Below, in pieces: positions 1 to 9,086 of a stretch of DNA of 64,000 bases. Both the position numbers and the translations under genes were made by a program. Where the stretch lies: positions 9,507 through 73,506 of IMG/VR virus record IMGVR_UViG_3300020122_000503, one strand, 5' to 3'. The first letter of the stretch is position 1; each line of letters begins with the position of its first letter. Source of the stretch: a virus. The notes under the pieces were generated by a model. That model did no database searches. It was not told the origin of the DNA and saw only the letters and a list, made by a program, of their open reading frames with translations.

Positions 1-162
1 ATACTTCAGCGAGGTGCTCACCGAGCTCGAGACGACGAAGATCGAACTCGAGGCGATGCATGAAGCGCTCCGGCGCGCAGGTGTCGCGACGCCAGCGCCT
101 CCGCCTGAGGAGGCATCCGTTCTTCCGACACGAGCGCCGGCACAACTAGAGGAGAAGTCCCC

Positions 163-570
163 GTGAAATTTGAACCAAGGAACAACCAGCTCATTGGCCG
201 CATGACCATCCGAAGGTCGGAATCGAAGATCATCGTCTCCGATCCGACGAAGGTCACGAAGTACCTACTCGTAGATGCGGTCGGTCCGGGCGCAGCCGCG
301 GCGGGCATCAAGGTCGGCGATTACGTGGTCGTGACATCGATCAGGCACATCGTGCAAGATGCCGGCAGAGTTTTTATTCCGTTCTCCGAAGAGAAAGACG
401 TCGCGCTCTTTGCAACAGACATCGGTCCCAACGAGCTCTTGATGCAGACGCTCAGCGGCAAAGAGTTCGTCGCGTTCGATTCGCCAGAAGCGGCGCCTTC
501 GTTCGGGGCGTCGTCTGTCGAGCACAAATCGAACGGCGAGCAGCAACACCCAACGGAAGCACAAGCCTGA
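163..570 (+). CDS. GroES/Cpn10-like co-chaperonin
   Basis: N-terminal KFEPRNNQL plus VDAVGPG...IKVGDYVV resemble GroES motifs (PLxDRV, AVGPG, VKVGD); AGGAG RBS upstream. Confidence 0.5.
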   Translation: MKFEPRNNQLIGRMTIRRSESKIIVSDPTKVTKYLLVDAVGPGAAAAGIKVGDYVVVTSIRHIVQDAGRVFIPFSEEKDVALFATDIGPNELLMQTLSGKEFVAFDSPEAAPSFGASSVEHKSNGEQQHPTEAQA

Positions 571-1217
571 TGCTTCGCTCTCGTCCGAATCCAATGATCA
601 GAACCGCTGCTCGCTCGCCGTGTGAGTGCCGAGAGCGACCGGTCGCACCGGCCGCTCGGGCACGCCGGAATCCGTTCCTGCGAACACCGGTGCGTGTCGC
701 GGCGCGTCGGTCAGCGCCACGCGAGGTCGAGCTCGACAACGGATCAGGCACGACGTGTCGTCCGTTTCTCAGAGTGGAGAAGGATGCCGAAGCTTTCGCG
801 GCGTGCAACGCGCTAGCCGACGAAATCGGGCCGCTCAACGATCCGAAAAAGGTCGCCGAATTTCTCTTCGAATATCTCGGGGGCACGAACGAGGAAGTCT
901 TCGGGGTTCTGACCGTCGACATCCACGGTCGCTTGAAGGGATACACTGAAACTGGTCGGGGCGAGGCGTCGAGTGTGATGGCGCCGGTGATCCCGACACT
1001 GAGAGCCGCACTGATGAGCGGAGGCGGAGGCGGGATCCTCTGGCACGTGCATCCTTCTGGAGTTGAAGCCGAGCCGAGCAAAGCCGACAAAGACACGACG
1101 AAGGCGTTCAACAAAGCATTCGAGGCGATCGGGATGCCGCTTATCGACCACGTGATCGTGGCAGGAAGTATCGAAAGCCCGAGTTATTATTCGTTCAAAG
1201 AGGACGGTCTGTTGTGA
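570..1217 (+). CDS. RadC-like JAB/MPN domain protein
   Basis: EEVFGVL and the HVHPSG...EPSKAD metal-binding motif (HxHPSG-x-PS-x2-D). Confidence 0.85.
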   Translation: MLRSRPNPMIRTAARSPCECRERPVAPAARARRNPFLRTPVRVAARRSAPREVELDNGSGTTCRPFLRVEKDAEAFAACNALADEIGPLNDPKKVAEFLFEYLGGTNEEVFGVLTVDIHGRLKGYTETGRGEASSVMAPVIPTLRAALMSGGGGGILWHVHPSGVEAEPSKADKDTTKAFNKAFEAIGMPLIDHVIVAGSIESPSYYSFKEDGLL

Positions 1218-1900
1218 AACTGGAACTAGTATGCGTTCGTTGCGGAGATCATTTCTTTCGTGAAAAATCGAAAGAAAATTTTCGTATCAAACGTGGATGC
1301 TCCGGACCGTACTGTTCTACTTCTTGTGCCGCGCGATTGGATGATCCGCGTGCGCATAAAGAGCCCGATCCGGTACCTGGCGCACGATGGTTACGTTTAA
1401 CGTTCGGGAAATTCGCTCTGGTAGACGAAGATCTCTTTGCCGAATTGAATCGGCGGCAGTGGTATTGGATGAAAGGCGGGGGCACGAGCGTCGGTCACGC
1501 GGGTAGCGATAACGGCAGGTCATTCGTGTTGCTGCACCGTGTAATACTTGGTGTAAGTGCACGAGTATTCGTCGACCATCGGAACAACAACGGACTCGAC
1601 TGTAGACGAGAAAACCTTCGTGCGGCCAGCAGGCAAGGAAATGGTGCGAACCGAGGTAAGTTCGTTGGCCGTAAAGGTCGAACGTTCACGTCACGATATA
1701 AAGGCGTTATCGATCGATCTCGCCATCTCTCTTCAAGTGCAGATCCGTGGCTCGCTCGCATCCGAGTCGACGGTCGACTTATTCATCTTGGAAGATACGC
1801 CACCGAACACGAAGCCGCGCTCGCTTACGATCGTGCGGCGCTTCAACATTTCGGCGAGTTCGCTCGTCTCAACTTTTCAGCGCAGGACGGTGCTCTTTGA
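1214..1900 (+). CDS. HNH homing endonuclease with C-terminal AP2 domain
   Basis: LHRVIL...VDHRNNNGLDCRRENLR (HNH) followed by SRYKGV...WLARI...HLGRY...AALAYDRAA (AP2); N-terminal Cys cluster. Confidence 0.9.
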   Translation: MKLELVCVRCGDHFFREKSKENFRIKRGCSGPYCSTSCAARLDDPRAHKEPDPVPGARWLRLTFGKFALVDEDLFAELNRRQWYWMKGGGTSVGHAGSDNGRSFVLLHRVILGVSARVFVDHRNNNGLDCRRENLRAASRQGNGANRGKFVGRKGRTFTSRYKGVIDRSRHLSSSADPWLARIRVDGRLIHLGRYATEHEAALAYDRAALQHFGEFARLNFSAQDGAL

Positions 1901-2301
1901 CCACATCCGATCAACTTCCCCAATTGAGCTACCCGAGGATCATGCTCCTCGCCACCGACAGCATCAGCGGGGACAAAGCGATCAACTGGGAAGTCGGTAA
2001 GCCCCATCCATTCGTCTCGACGATGAAGGTCATCGCGATGTACGTGAACGGCGCTCTAGTCGAGATCTACTCGGTATCTATGGAAAGCCGAGAAGGCATG
2101 CGCGATCTCGTACCACTCCACCGCACGCGCATCATCCGTGAGGCGATGCCGATCGAAATCTGGGCGGAAGAACTCGCGGCCGCGGAAGCGGGCCCGGATG
2201 ATGATCCGCCCGATCCAGATGATGACGAGCCCGACGACGAACCGGAACCTGGAACAGCCGAAACAGTCCCGCCGCCCGTCAACGGCCAATCGTCTCCGTG
2301 A
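1897..2301 (+). CDS. hypothetical protein with acidic tail
   Basis: Probable TTG start overlapping the upstream stop; acidic D/E/P-rich C-terminus. Confidence 0.6.
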   Translation: MTTSDQLPQLSYPRIMLLATDSISGDKAINWEVGKPHPFVSTMKVIAMYVNGALVEIYSVSMESREGMRDLVPLHRTRIIREAMPIEIWAEELAAAEAGPDDDPPDPDDDEPDDEPEPGTAETVPPPVNGQSSP

Positions 2302-3938
2302 AAACTTCGTCGAGGGAGATCCGAGAACGAATGACAACGAAGCGACGCGCTCCGAGCGAGCAAGATCCAAGCACGCCAATGCTCCAAGACGACGCTGACA
2401 TTTTGGAAGAGGCGGAAGCGGAGCGAGACGAGAATGGAAACCTCGTCGTCTCCGAGGAAACGATCCGGGAGCTAGGCGCAGTCGACACCGAGAGCGTGCG
2501 TGAAAATCGCAGGCTCAAAGCCATGGTGAACAAGAAGAGTTCCAACGCAAAGAACGTCACGATCAACACCGGCGACGTGCTTACGACCTACGACGTGATC
2601 TTGGGGTCTTGGCCGGCGAACACGATCGACATCCATATGAAGCGGACGACGGGCTCTCCGTTTCAAGAGGTGATCACCAGTCGTCCTCGAAACGGAACCG
2701 AACTCCTCGCGGCGCTAAAAGCGATGCACGGGCAGTACGAGGAAGCTCAGTACTTCATTCAGTTCAAAGACAACAGCACCCAGCAGTTTCGAGGCAGCGG
2801 GAAAATCACGATACGAGATAGTAGGCCGCCGCAACAGCAAGTTCCTTACGGGTATCCGCCGCCGAACGGCGCGGTGCCTCCTCAGTACTATCCGCCGCAG
2901 TACGCGCCGCCTCCTCAACCTCCACCGCAACCGACGAACGGGCACGCCCAGTCCCCGCAACCGCCGCCACAAGTCTTCGTGCAGCCGTCACCGGGGCTCG
3001 ACATGGCGGCGATGTTCGAGAACTTCAAACAGATGTTCGACATGTTTCAGAACGTGCAACAGCGCTTCGCGCCTCCACCGCCACCGCCACCGCAAACCGT
3101 TGCACCACAGTATCCGCAGCCGCAACTGATGATGCCGCCGCCTCCGTCACCGACAGCGAGCCCCGCTGAGCAGATGGCGTGGATGCGAGAGATATTTCAG
3201 ATGTTCCAAAAGATGCAGTCGACGGTAATGGGGCAACAAACACCCGCGCCAGCGCCGCAGCCTCAACCGCAGCAGCCTCAGATGTCGGCCCCGATGGGCC
3301 CCGCCGCGCCACCACCACGTGGCTACCAGTGGGTGTGGCGCCCCGATTTCGGCGCGCACGTGCTCATGCCCGAAGCAAGCATCGCACCTCCCTCGGGTCC
3401 AATGTACCGACGATTTCCGCAAGGTGAAGGCGGCGAGCGGCCCTTGTACGCGCAACCCCCAACTCAGCCGCAGCGTCAGCAATCGCCCGCCGACCAGGTT
3501 CGCGACGCGCTAGGCGTCGTGCGCCAGACGATGCACGCCGTTCGAGAGATGGGCTCCGTGCTCGGGCAGCAAGAGCCTGCCGAAGCACCGATACCGATCG
3601 AACAAGACGACGACAGCCCGGTCAGAATCGTCGAGGGCAGCGGCAGCGGCAAGCTTGTCTACGACAACAAGGACGGATCGCTTCGTCCTTGGGACAGCAT
3701 CCTCGCCAACTTGCCTAGCATGATGAAGTGGGCCGGCGAACAACGTGAGGCGATTCAAAAAGGCGCCGAAGAGCGACAGCGACGGGAGCAACGACGCTCG
3801 CAGGAGTACGTCGCGATACCGGTCGAAGAGCAGCGGCTCCCGCCGCCACCCGCCGACGTGCCGCCGCCGATCGAATCCGAAGAGCCTACGGAAGAAAGTC
3901 CGTGGGGCGCGCCGACGACTCCAGGAAACGGAAACTGA
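2298..3938 (+). CDS. Pro/Gln-rich hypothetical protein
   Basis: 546-aa ORF in operon context with long P/Q-rich tracts. Confidence 0.75.
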   Translation: MKTSSREIRERMTTKRRAPSEQDPSTPMLQDDADILEEAEAERDENGNLVVSEETIRELGAVDTESVRENRRLKAMVNKKSSNAKNVTINTGDVLTTYDVILGSWPANTIDIHMKRTTGSPFQEVITSRPRNGTELLAALKAMHGQYEEAQYFIQFKDNSTQQFRGSGKITIRDSRPPQQQVPYGYPPPNGAVPPQYYPPQYAPPPQPPPQPTNGHAQSPQPPPQVFVQPSPGLDMAAMFENFKQMFDMFQNVQQRFAPPPPPPPQTVAPQYPQPQLMMPPPPSPTASPAEQMAWMREIFQMFQKMQSTVMGQQTPAPAPQPQPQQPQMSAPMGPAAPPPRGYQWVWRPDFGAHVLMPEASIAPPSGPMYRRFPQGEGGERPLYAQPPTQPQRQQSPADQVRDALGVVRQTMHAVREMGSVLGQQEPAEAPIPIEQDDDSPVRIVEGSGSGKLVYDNKDGSLRPWDSILANLPSMMKWAGEQREAIQKGAEERQRREQRRSQEYVAIPVEEQRLPPPPADVPPPIESEEPTEESPWGAPTTPGNGN

Positions 3939-3941
3939 TCG

Positions 3942-4133
3942 ATGCGTTTTCGCGTCACGATGAGCATCACCGTCGATGCGCGTGACGATCGCGAAGCCTA
4001 CGAGTACGCCAAGAAGCTAGCGGGGCTCCTCAAGTCGCCGCTCGTGAAGATGGCGGTCGAGGGCGAAGGGATTCGGCTCTCGAACGGCGACGGGAAACCT
4101 GTCGTGCATCAACCACAGCGAGAGTTCGTCTAA
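3942..4133 (+). CDS. small hypothetical protein
   Basis: 63-aa ORF starting 3 nt after the upstream stop. Confidence 0.6.
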   Translation: MRFRVTMSITVDARDDREAYEYAKKLAGLLKSPLVKMAVEGEGIRLSNGDGKPVVHQPQREFV

Positions 4134-4139
4134 ATCTGC

Positions 4140-4214
4140 GCCAGGGCTCAGAAATGAGCATACACCAGCGGTAACCAATCCGTCTTGAAAGAGGAGGGAA
4201 ACCTCCTCCCTGGC
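4140..4214 (+). ncRNA. candidate structured intergenic RNA
   Basis: Closing stem GCCAGG/CCTGGC encloses two GAAA-tetraloop hairpins (GCTCA-GAAA-TGAGC 4146-4159; GAGGAGG-GAAA-CCTCCTC 4191-4208). Confidence 0.35.
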
Positions 4215-4259
4215 TCCTTTTCTGGACGAGTCCCGGGTGACGCGCGTAGTCTATAGGTC

Positions 4260-5348
4260 GTGCGCCCCTACACCGTGCAAGCCGGCGACAGTCCCGCAGG
4301 CCTCGCCGCAACACATGCCGGCTGTCCGAAGTGCGCACGAGACCTCGTCACTGCGAACCCTCACAAACCCACTGTCGTCTATCCGAACGGGTTCATCTCG
4401 TTCGCAGAATTTCGTGCCGGCGAGAAAATCAATCTTCCCACGAAATGGTTCGACGGCACCCTCGACACTCGTCCTGCAAAATATTTTGCAGCTTTGCCTT
4501 ACGCAGACGGTGTCACGCCCTCGACACTCGGTGACGCCGCTGTCGGCATTCTAGGAGACTTTTCAAATCTAGACGCGGCAACGACCGCTGTCAGTGTGCT
4601 CGACACGCTCGACGATGAGACGTTCACGCATGCCGCCGACAATGCGGCGAACCTCATCGACGGCGCCGTATCTGTAGCCGACGGTGACAGCGCCGCGGCT
4701 TCGTCGAGGTACGCGAGGGACACGCACACCGCTACCGCCGTCGCAAGGCAGCGTCTCGTCGACATGCGTGCCGCGCTCGACGTCGGTGATCAGGCGGGGG
4801 CGAAAGACGCTCGCTACGACGTTCGAAGCGCCCTCGTGAGCGCAGTCGGCAGTGCTCGGCTCTCCTTACAGGCGTTCTACGGCGGCTCGACGACACCTGC
4901 GCCCCAGCCACCGTCGTCGAATGTTCTAGTTTCGGCGGCACAAGCTGCCGCCAACGCCATCGGCGCGGACACTAGCTACTGCACGTCGGTCGCGAGCGCG
5001 GGAAGCGCGGTCAATTCAGCCGTTCATGCCTTTAAAACCGCCTGGAACGCTTCCGGACAGTCGCCGCTGCCGATCAACACCGGCAACTATGAGCAATCAG
5101 TCGCTAACGCGATCGCGAGCCTCGTCGGCACTGCTCCACCCGGATGCGGCTCGCGCGCAACACCTTCTCCGCAGCCCCAGCAGCCCACGCCGCAACCTGT
5201 AAACCCGAATCTCGTCGCTGTCACCGTTCCCACGAAGCAGGGTCTCTCTAGAGGAGAGATTTTCGGGCTGAGCCTCATCGGCGCAACAGCTGCTGGCGGC
5301 GCGATCTACCTCGCAACACGAAAACCGAGAAAGCGACGCCGCGGATGA
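4260..5348 (+). CDS. LysM-domain protein with C-terminal membrane anchor
   Basis: YTVQAGDSPAGLA...ANP...GEKINLP LysM-like start; C-terminal hydrophobic helix plus RKPRKRRRG. Confidence 0.75.
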   Translation: MRPYTVQAGDSPAGLAATHAGCPKCARDLVTANPHKPTVVYPNGFISFAEFRAGEKINLPTKWFDGTLDTRPAKYFAALPYADGVTPSTLGDAAVGILGDFSNLDAATTAVSVLDTLDDETFTHAADNAANLIDGAVSVADGDSAAASSRYARDTHTATAVARQRLVDMRAALDVGDQAGAKDARYDVRSALVSAVGSARLSLQAFYGGSTTPAPQPPSSNVLVSAAQAAANAIGADTSYCTSVASAGSAVNSAVHAFKTAWNASGQSPLPINTGNYEQSVANAIASLVGTAPPGCGSRATPSPQPQQPTPQPVNPNLVAVTVPTKQGLSRGEIFGLSLIGATAAGGAIYLATRKPRKRRRG

Positions 5349-6997
5349 CGATGATCGATAAGCCCATCTCGGGCGTAAAAGTAGACGCGCGTCCTCATCC
5401 GTCCGGCGGCAAAGGTGCGCGTCTCTCCCTCAAGGAAGTAGCCGAGAGGATTTGGAAAGGTCGCATGAGCCCTCGCGTACGCGCGTGGGCGATGCAGCAA
5501 CTCGCCGCATGTGGCGTCTCGACCGGCACGCGCCGCGAGAAGGTGCAATGCCTCCTGAACGCCTTCCGAAAGAAAGTGCCGTTCGTTCCCGATCCGTATC
5601 TTGGCGAGTTCATGGCGACGCCGGAGCAAACGCTTTGTCTCGACGAGAACGGGCTCTGCTTCATGGGCGGTGATTGCTTCCCCGAAGGAACCTTGCTCCT
5701 TCGTAACGACTACGAATTCGTACCGATCGAGCAAATCAAGGTAGGGGACAAGATCTGGGGCAAAGACAAGTGGAGCACAGTCACGCAAAAGTGGGCTAAG
5801 GGGCAACTTCCGGTCGATGCAATCGAGATGAGCAACGGCTCCACGATGTACCTGACCGGAGAGCACAGAGTCTACGCGGGCCGTTGCGAGCACGGAGCTC
5901 AATGCGAGCAAGTAGCGTGTAGAGAGGCTTTCAAGAGGACCGCATCTTTTGATCGGGTACTCGTGCGCGACTTGAAAGAAGGAGACACGCTGCTTCAACC
6001 ACAGCGCATCGATTTTGGATCGAACCGTGTGGATCCTGATCGAATGTACGTGGAGGCGCTTGCGCTCGCAGACGGTTGGACGAAGGCCAGCAAGAACCCA
6101 AACTTCCCGCACATTTGTTTCTACGTCGCGGGACGTGACGGAAAACGCAAGGAAGAGCAGAAACACGAAGTCAAAGCGATCTGCGAACGCCTTGGGATCG
6201 AAACCACCTGGCACGCTCGATACATCGCGATCAAAGACCGTGAATGGGCGTCGCGTATCGCGGCTCTAGGTTCCAGAGCGCGATTCAAACGTCTGGAAAC
6301 GATCAATCTCGACGAAGTCGGAGCAGTTGCCGCGCTACGTGGTTTGATGGCCGACAGCACACAAAACACGAAAGGAAGCGCGAGAACCTACTCGACCACG
6401 AGCAGGCAGCTCATGCTTCAGGTACGTGTTCTTCACCGCATGTTCGGCAAGATGACGAGCGTGCGCATGCTCACTCCGGAACAGCACGGGGGAGCCGGCA
6501 AGCATCCACTCTGGCGTGTCGGACAACGCGAAAAAAGAGGACTCAACCTGAGCGTTCAATCGATCGAGCGCGCCGTGCGCAAGGTTTCGTGTTGGGACAT
6601 TTCTACCGATGATCACTACGTGTACTTGCCCGAGCACGACGTGACGGTATCGAATTGCGACGACCAGGCGATCGGAATGGGCTCGCTGCTCATGTCGATC
6701 GGCATCCCCGTGAAAGTGGTTGGCTCGAGTCACTCACAACCACTCGACGTGCCGACTCACGTGTTCATCGCATTCGAAGATGACGAGCCCGATGAATGGG
6801 TAAAGGTCGACGCGACGACGCAGCATCCTGTCGGTCAAGTCGCGCCGCACCTTCGTGAGTTCTGGGTTGACCCCGGAGCGAAAGCGAAAGAAGTGGACGC
6901 AGGTGACTTCTTCGGCATGAGCGGACACAGCCCGGGGCTAGGATCGCTCGGCGCGCCGCCGGATGCGTTCAATTTTCGCTATCCCGGGATCCGATAG
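5345..6997 (+). CDS. transglutaminase-like (Cys-His-Asp) protease interrupted by an intein
   Basis: Spliced extein reads GGD|CDD...THVF...VDAT, the transglutaminase-like triad pattern. Confidence 0.8.
   Translation: MTMIDKPISGVKVDARPHPSGGKGARLSLKEVAERIWKGRMSPRVRAWAMQQLAACGVSTGTRREKVQCLLNAFRKKVPFVPDPYLGEFMATPEQTLCLDENGLCFMGGDCFPEGTLLLRNDYEFVPIEQIKVGDKIWGKDKWSTVTQKWAKGQLPVDAIEMSNGSTMYLTGEHRVYAGRCEHGAQCEQVACREAFKRTASFDRVLVRDLKEGDTLLQPQRIDFGSNRVDPDRMYVEALALADGWTKASKNPNFPHICFYVAGRDGKRKEEQKHEVKAICERLGIETTWHARYIAIKDREWASRIAALGSRARFKRLETINLDEVGAVAALRGLMADSTQNTKGSARTYSTTSRQLMLQVRVLHRMFGKMTSVRMLTPEQHGGAGKHPLWRVGQREKRGLNLSVQSIERAVRKVSCWDISTDDHYVYLPEHDVTVSNCDDQAIGMGSLLMSIGIPVKVVGSSHSQPLDVPTHVFIAFEDDEPDEWVKVDATTQHPVGQVAPHLREFWVDPGAKAKEVDAGDFFGMSGHSPGLGSLGAPPDAFNFRYPGIR
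5675..6655 (+). mobile_element. intein (327 aa) with degenerate LAGLIDADG endonuclease
   Basis: Block A CFPEGTLL...PIEQIKVGD, block B LTGEHRV, LAGLIDADG-like EALALADG and LRGLMADS, C-terminal WDIST...TVSN followed by +1 Cys. Confidence 0.9.
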
Positions 6998-7246
6998 TAG
7001 GTACGTCGGGGCTCCCGGCGTATGCACGCGCGCTCTGTTTGGTGCTCTAGCGATAGACGCGCTCGAACACTGAAAAGCGTCGACGTTCAATCGAGCGTAA
7101 CTAACCGTTCATGTTGCAGTTTCCTGTTGCAACTGCATCAGCGCTAAGAGGCGCCTCGATACGTAACCACTGATCGAGGTCGCGCAACCATTTTCAGTTT
7201 CGTTGACACGTCAAATCCGTATTGAAAGCCTTCCGATTACCCCTTC

Positions 7247-8962
7247 ATGGGTCTTTATGACGATCGGTTGGCAGACCTCAGTGAATCGCGGCGCAGTCCA
7301 AGCGCTCCGCGTCCGATGTTCCGACCGCGTCCGACTCCCGTCGTCACACGCGCTCCGAAGCGCAGAGCGATGCGTCCACAGTCTCTCCTCTTTAGCCGCA
7401 GCGCCGGCTGGACGGAGAACAAAGCCAAGGCGTGGGCGAAATCTCACGGCTTCAAGTCTGGGAAGGTGGACGTCACCGCCCAGAACATCCGAATTCGGCA
7501 ATTCGATCCGAAGGGATCAAAAACGTTTCGAACGGTTCCGTTCGGACAGGGCATTCGAGCCGTCGTGGCTCGAGAAGGATCGAAAACAATGACTCGAGTC
7601 TCAGCAAAACGCAGGCGCCGATCGAAGAAGTCCGCTCCCGCACCCAAGCGTCGTCATCGCAGGCGAGCGCGCAAGGTTCGCGCCGTTCAGACGCGGCGTC
7701 GTCGGCGCCGAGTGCGCGTCGAGGCGAAGGTAGCGACTCGTCGTCGGCGTCGCCGAGTGGCCGCGGCCCCGGTCGTGGCCGTCAGGCGCAGGCGTCGGCG
7801 CAAGGTGAGCGCGTGGCGCGGCGCTTCGAAGAGGCACGGACAAGCCGCTCGCAAGGGTTGGGCTCGCCGGAAGAAGCGTGGCACCGCCACTCGCAGGCGT
7901 CGGCGTCGGCATGTCGGCGCGGTAGCGGAAGCTCCGCGTAGGCGACGTCGCCGCAAGGTCGCGGCCCCTGTCGTGGCAACTCGCCGTCGCAGGCGCAGGC
8001 ACAGCCGTCGCCGGACGCACGAAGCTCCGGGCTACGTCATGGAAGCCCGTAGGCATCACCGCCGACGTCGGCACCACATGCGCGCCTCGCGCGGTGGCGG
8101 CATGGGCCCGGCGGAGATGGCGCTCGCGACACTCTTCGGCAGCCTCGGATTCCTCGCTGCCGACGGGCTCGATCGCTTCCTCGCCACTTACGATCCGAGC
8201 GCCGCCGACAAGCCGAAGGACAAGTTCGTGTCCGACGGTGCCGGTACGCTCGCGAACGTGCTCAACATCGGATCGCGTCCGGGCCTCGTTCGGCTCGGCG
8301 CGGGTGTCGGCGCAGTGGCGGCTCCTGCCATCGGTGCGTCGTTCATCAAGAACCCGATGGCGCGTGCGGCGCTCGAGGGCATGGCGCTCGGCGCGGGCAT
8401 CTCGCTCGTCAATACGCTGTGGAGCTCCTTCGTGATGCCGATGATCGTCGGAACGAAGCCCGAGAACACGACGCCGGACAAGTTGCAGAAGAGCCCCATC
8501 GCTCGGATGTATCCGGCAGAAGTCTCGGCTGCGATCAACATGGCGGCGCACAAGGACGCAAGCGGAGCGACGACACCGGGCCCGTACACGGCCGCGGGCG
8601 TGCTCTCGGGACCGGACGTGGGTCCATTCGCGCTCTCGGGCGACAGTCCGTACCCAGACGCGAACGCAGCGCTCAGGCACGCAGCGGGAGTGAGCGGCGA
8701 CAGCCCTTATCCCGACGCGAGCCAAGCGATTCGTCACGCGGCAGGTGTTTCGGGCGATAGCCCGTACCCCGACGCGCACTCTGCGCTTCGTAGACAAGCC
8801 GGCGTGAGCTGGCAGCCGGGTGACGCGAGCGACGTCGGCCCGGGACCGCAAACGGGCGACTCGTGTGGATGCGTCGGCGACGACGGCGCCAAGTACGCGG
8901 CGTTCCTTGGTGACGGACCGTCACCATCGGACCCGTTCGTCATCCTCCCTGGCGGTGGATGA
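7247..8962 (+). CDS. Arg-rich, protamine-like putative core/DNA-condensing protein with hydrophobic C-terminal half
   Basis: Many R4-R6 runs in residues ~120-280, then hydrophobic segments and three SGDSPYPDA repeats. Confidence 0.6.
   Translation: MGLYDDRLADLSESRRSPSAPRPMFRPRPTPVVTRAPKRRAMRPQSLLFSRSAGWTENKAKAWAKSHGFKSGKVDVTAQNIRIRQFDPKGSKTFRTVPFGQGIRAVVAREGSKTMTRVSAKRRRRSKKSAPAPKRRHRRRARKVRAVQTRRRRRRVRVEAKVATRRRRRRVAAAPVVAVRRRRRRKVSAWRGASKRHGQAARKGWARRKKRGTATRRRRRRHVGAVAEAPRRRRRRKVAAPVVATRRRRRRHSRRRTHEAPGYVMEARRHHRRRRHHMRASRGGGMGPAEMALATLFGSLGFLAADGLDRFLATYDPSAADKPKDKFVSDGAGTLANVLNIGSRPGLVRLGAGVGAVAAPAIGASFIKNPMARAALEGMALGAGISLVNTLWSSFVMPMIVGTKPENTTPDKLQKSPIARMYPAEVSAAINMAAHKDASGATTPGPYTAAGVLSGPDVGPFALSGDSPYPDANAALRHAAGVSGDSPYPDASQAIRHAAGVSGDSPYPDAHSALRRQAGVSWQPGDASDVGPGPQTGDSCGCVGDDGAKYAAFLGDGPSPSDPFVILPGGG
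8636..8806 (+). repeat. 3 x 57-bp coding tandem repeat (SGDSPYPDAxxAxRxxAGV)
   Basis: Three 19-aa repeats with synonymous divergence. Confidence 0.85.
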
Positions 8963-9086
8963 GAGAAGAGCGCCCGAGCGCGCTCAAAACCTCAGCCCCG
9001 GTAGGCCTCGAGCCCCGGGATTGAGGTGTCAGAAGGATCAGAACCCGCGTCGGGCGTAGGCAACGGCGGGTAGGAGAAGTAACGAA

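Noticed and set aside
4140-4214. tRNA
   Set aside because: Cloverleaf-like size but no T-loop (TTCGA), D-loop GG or standard anticodon arm.
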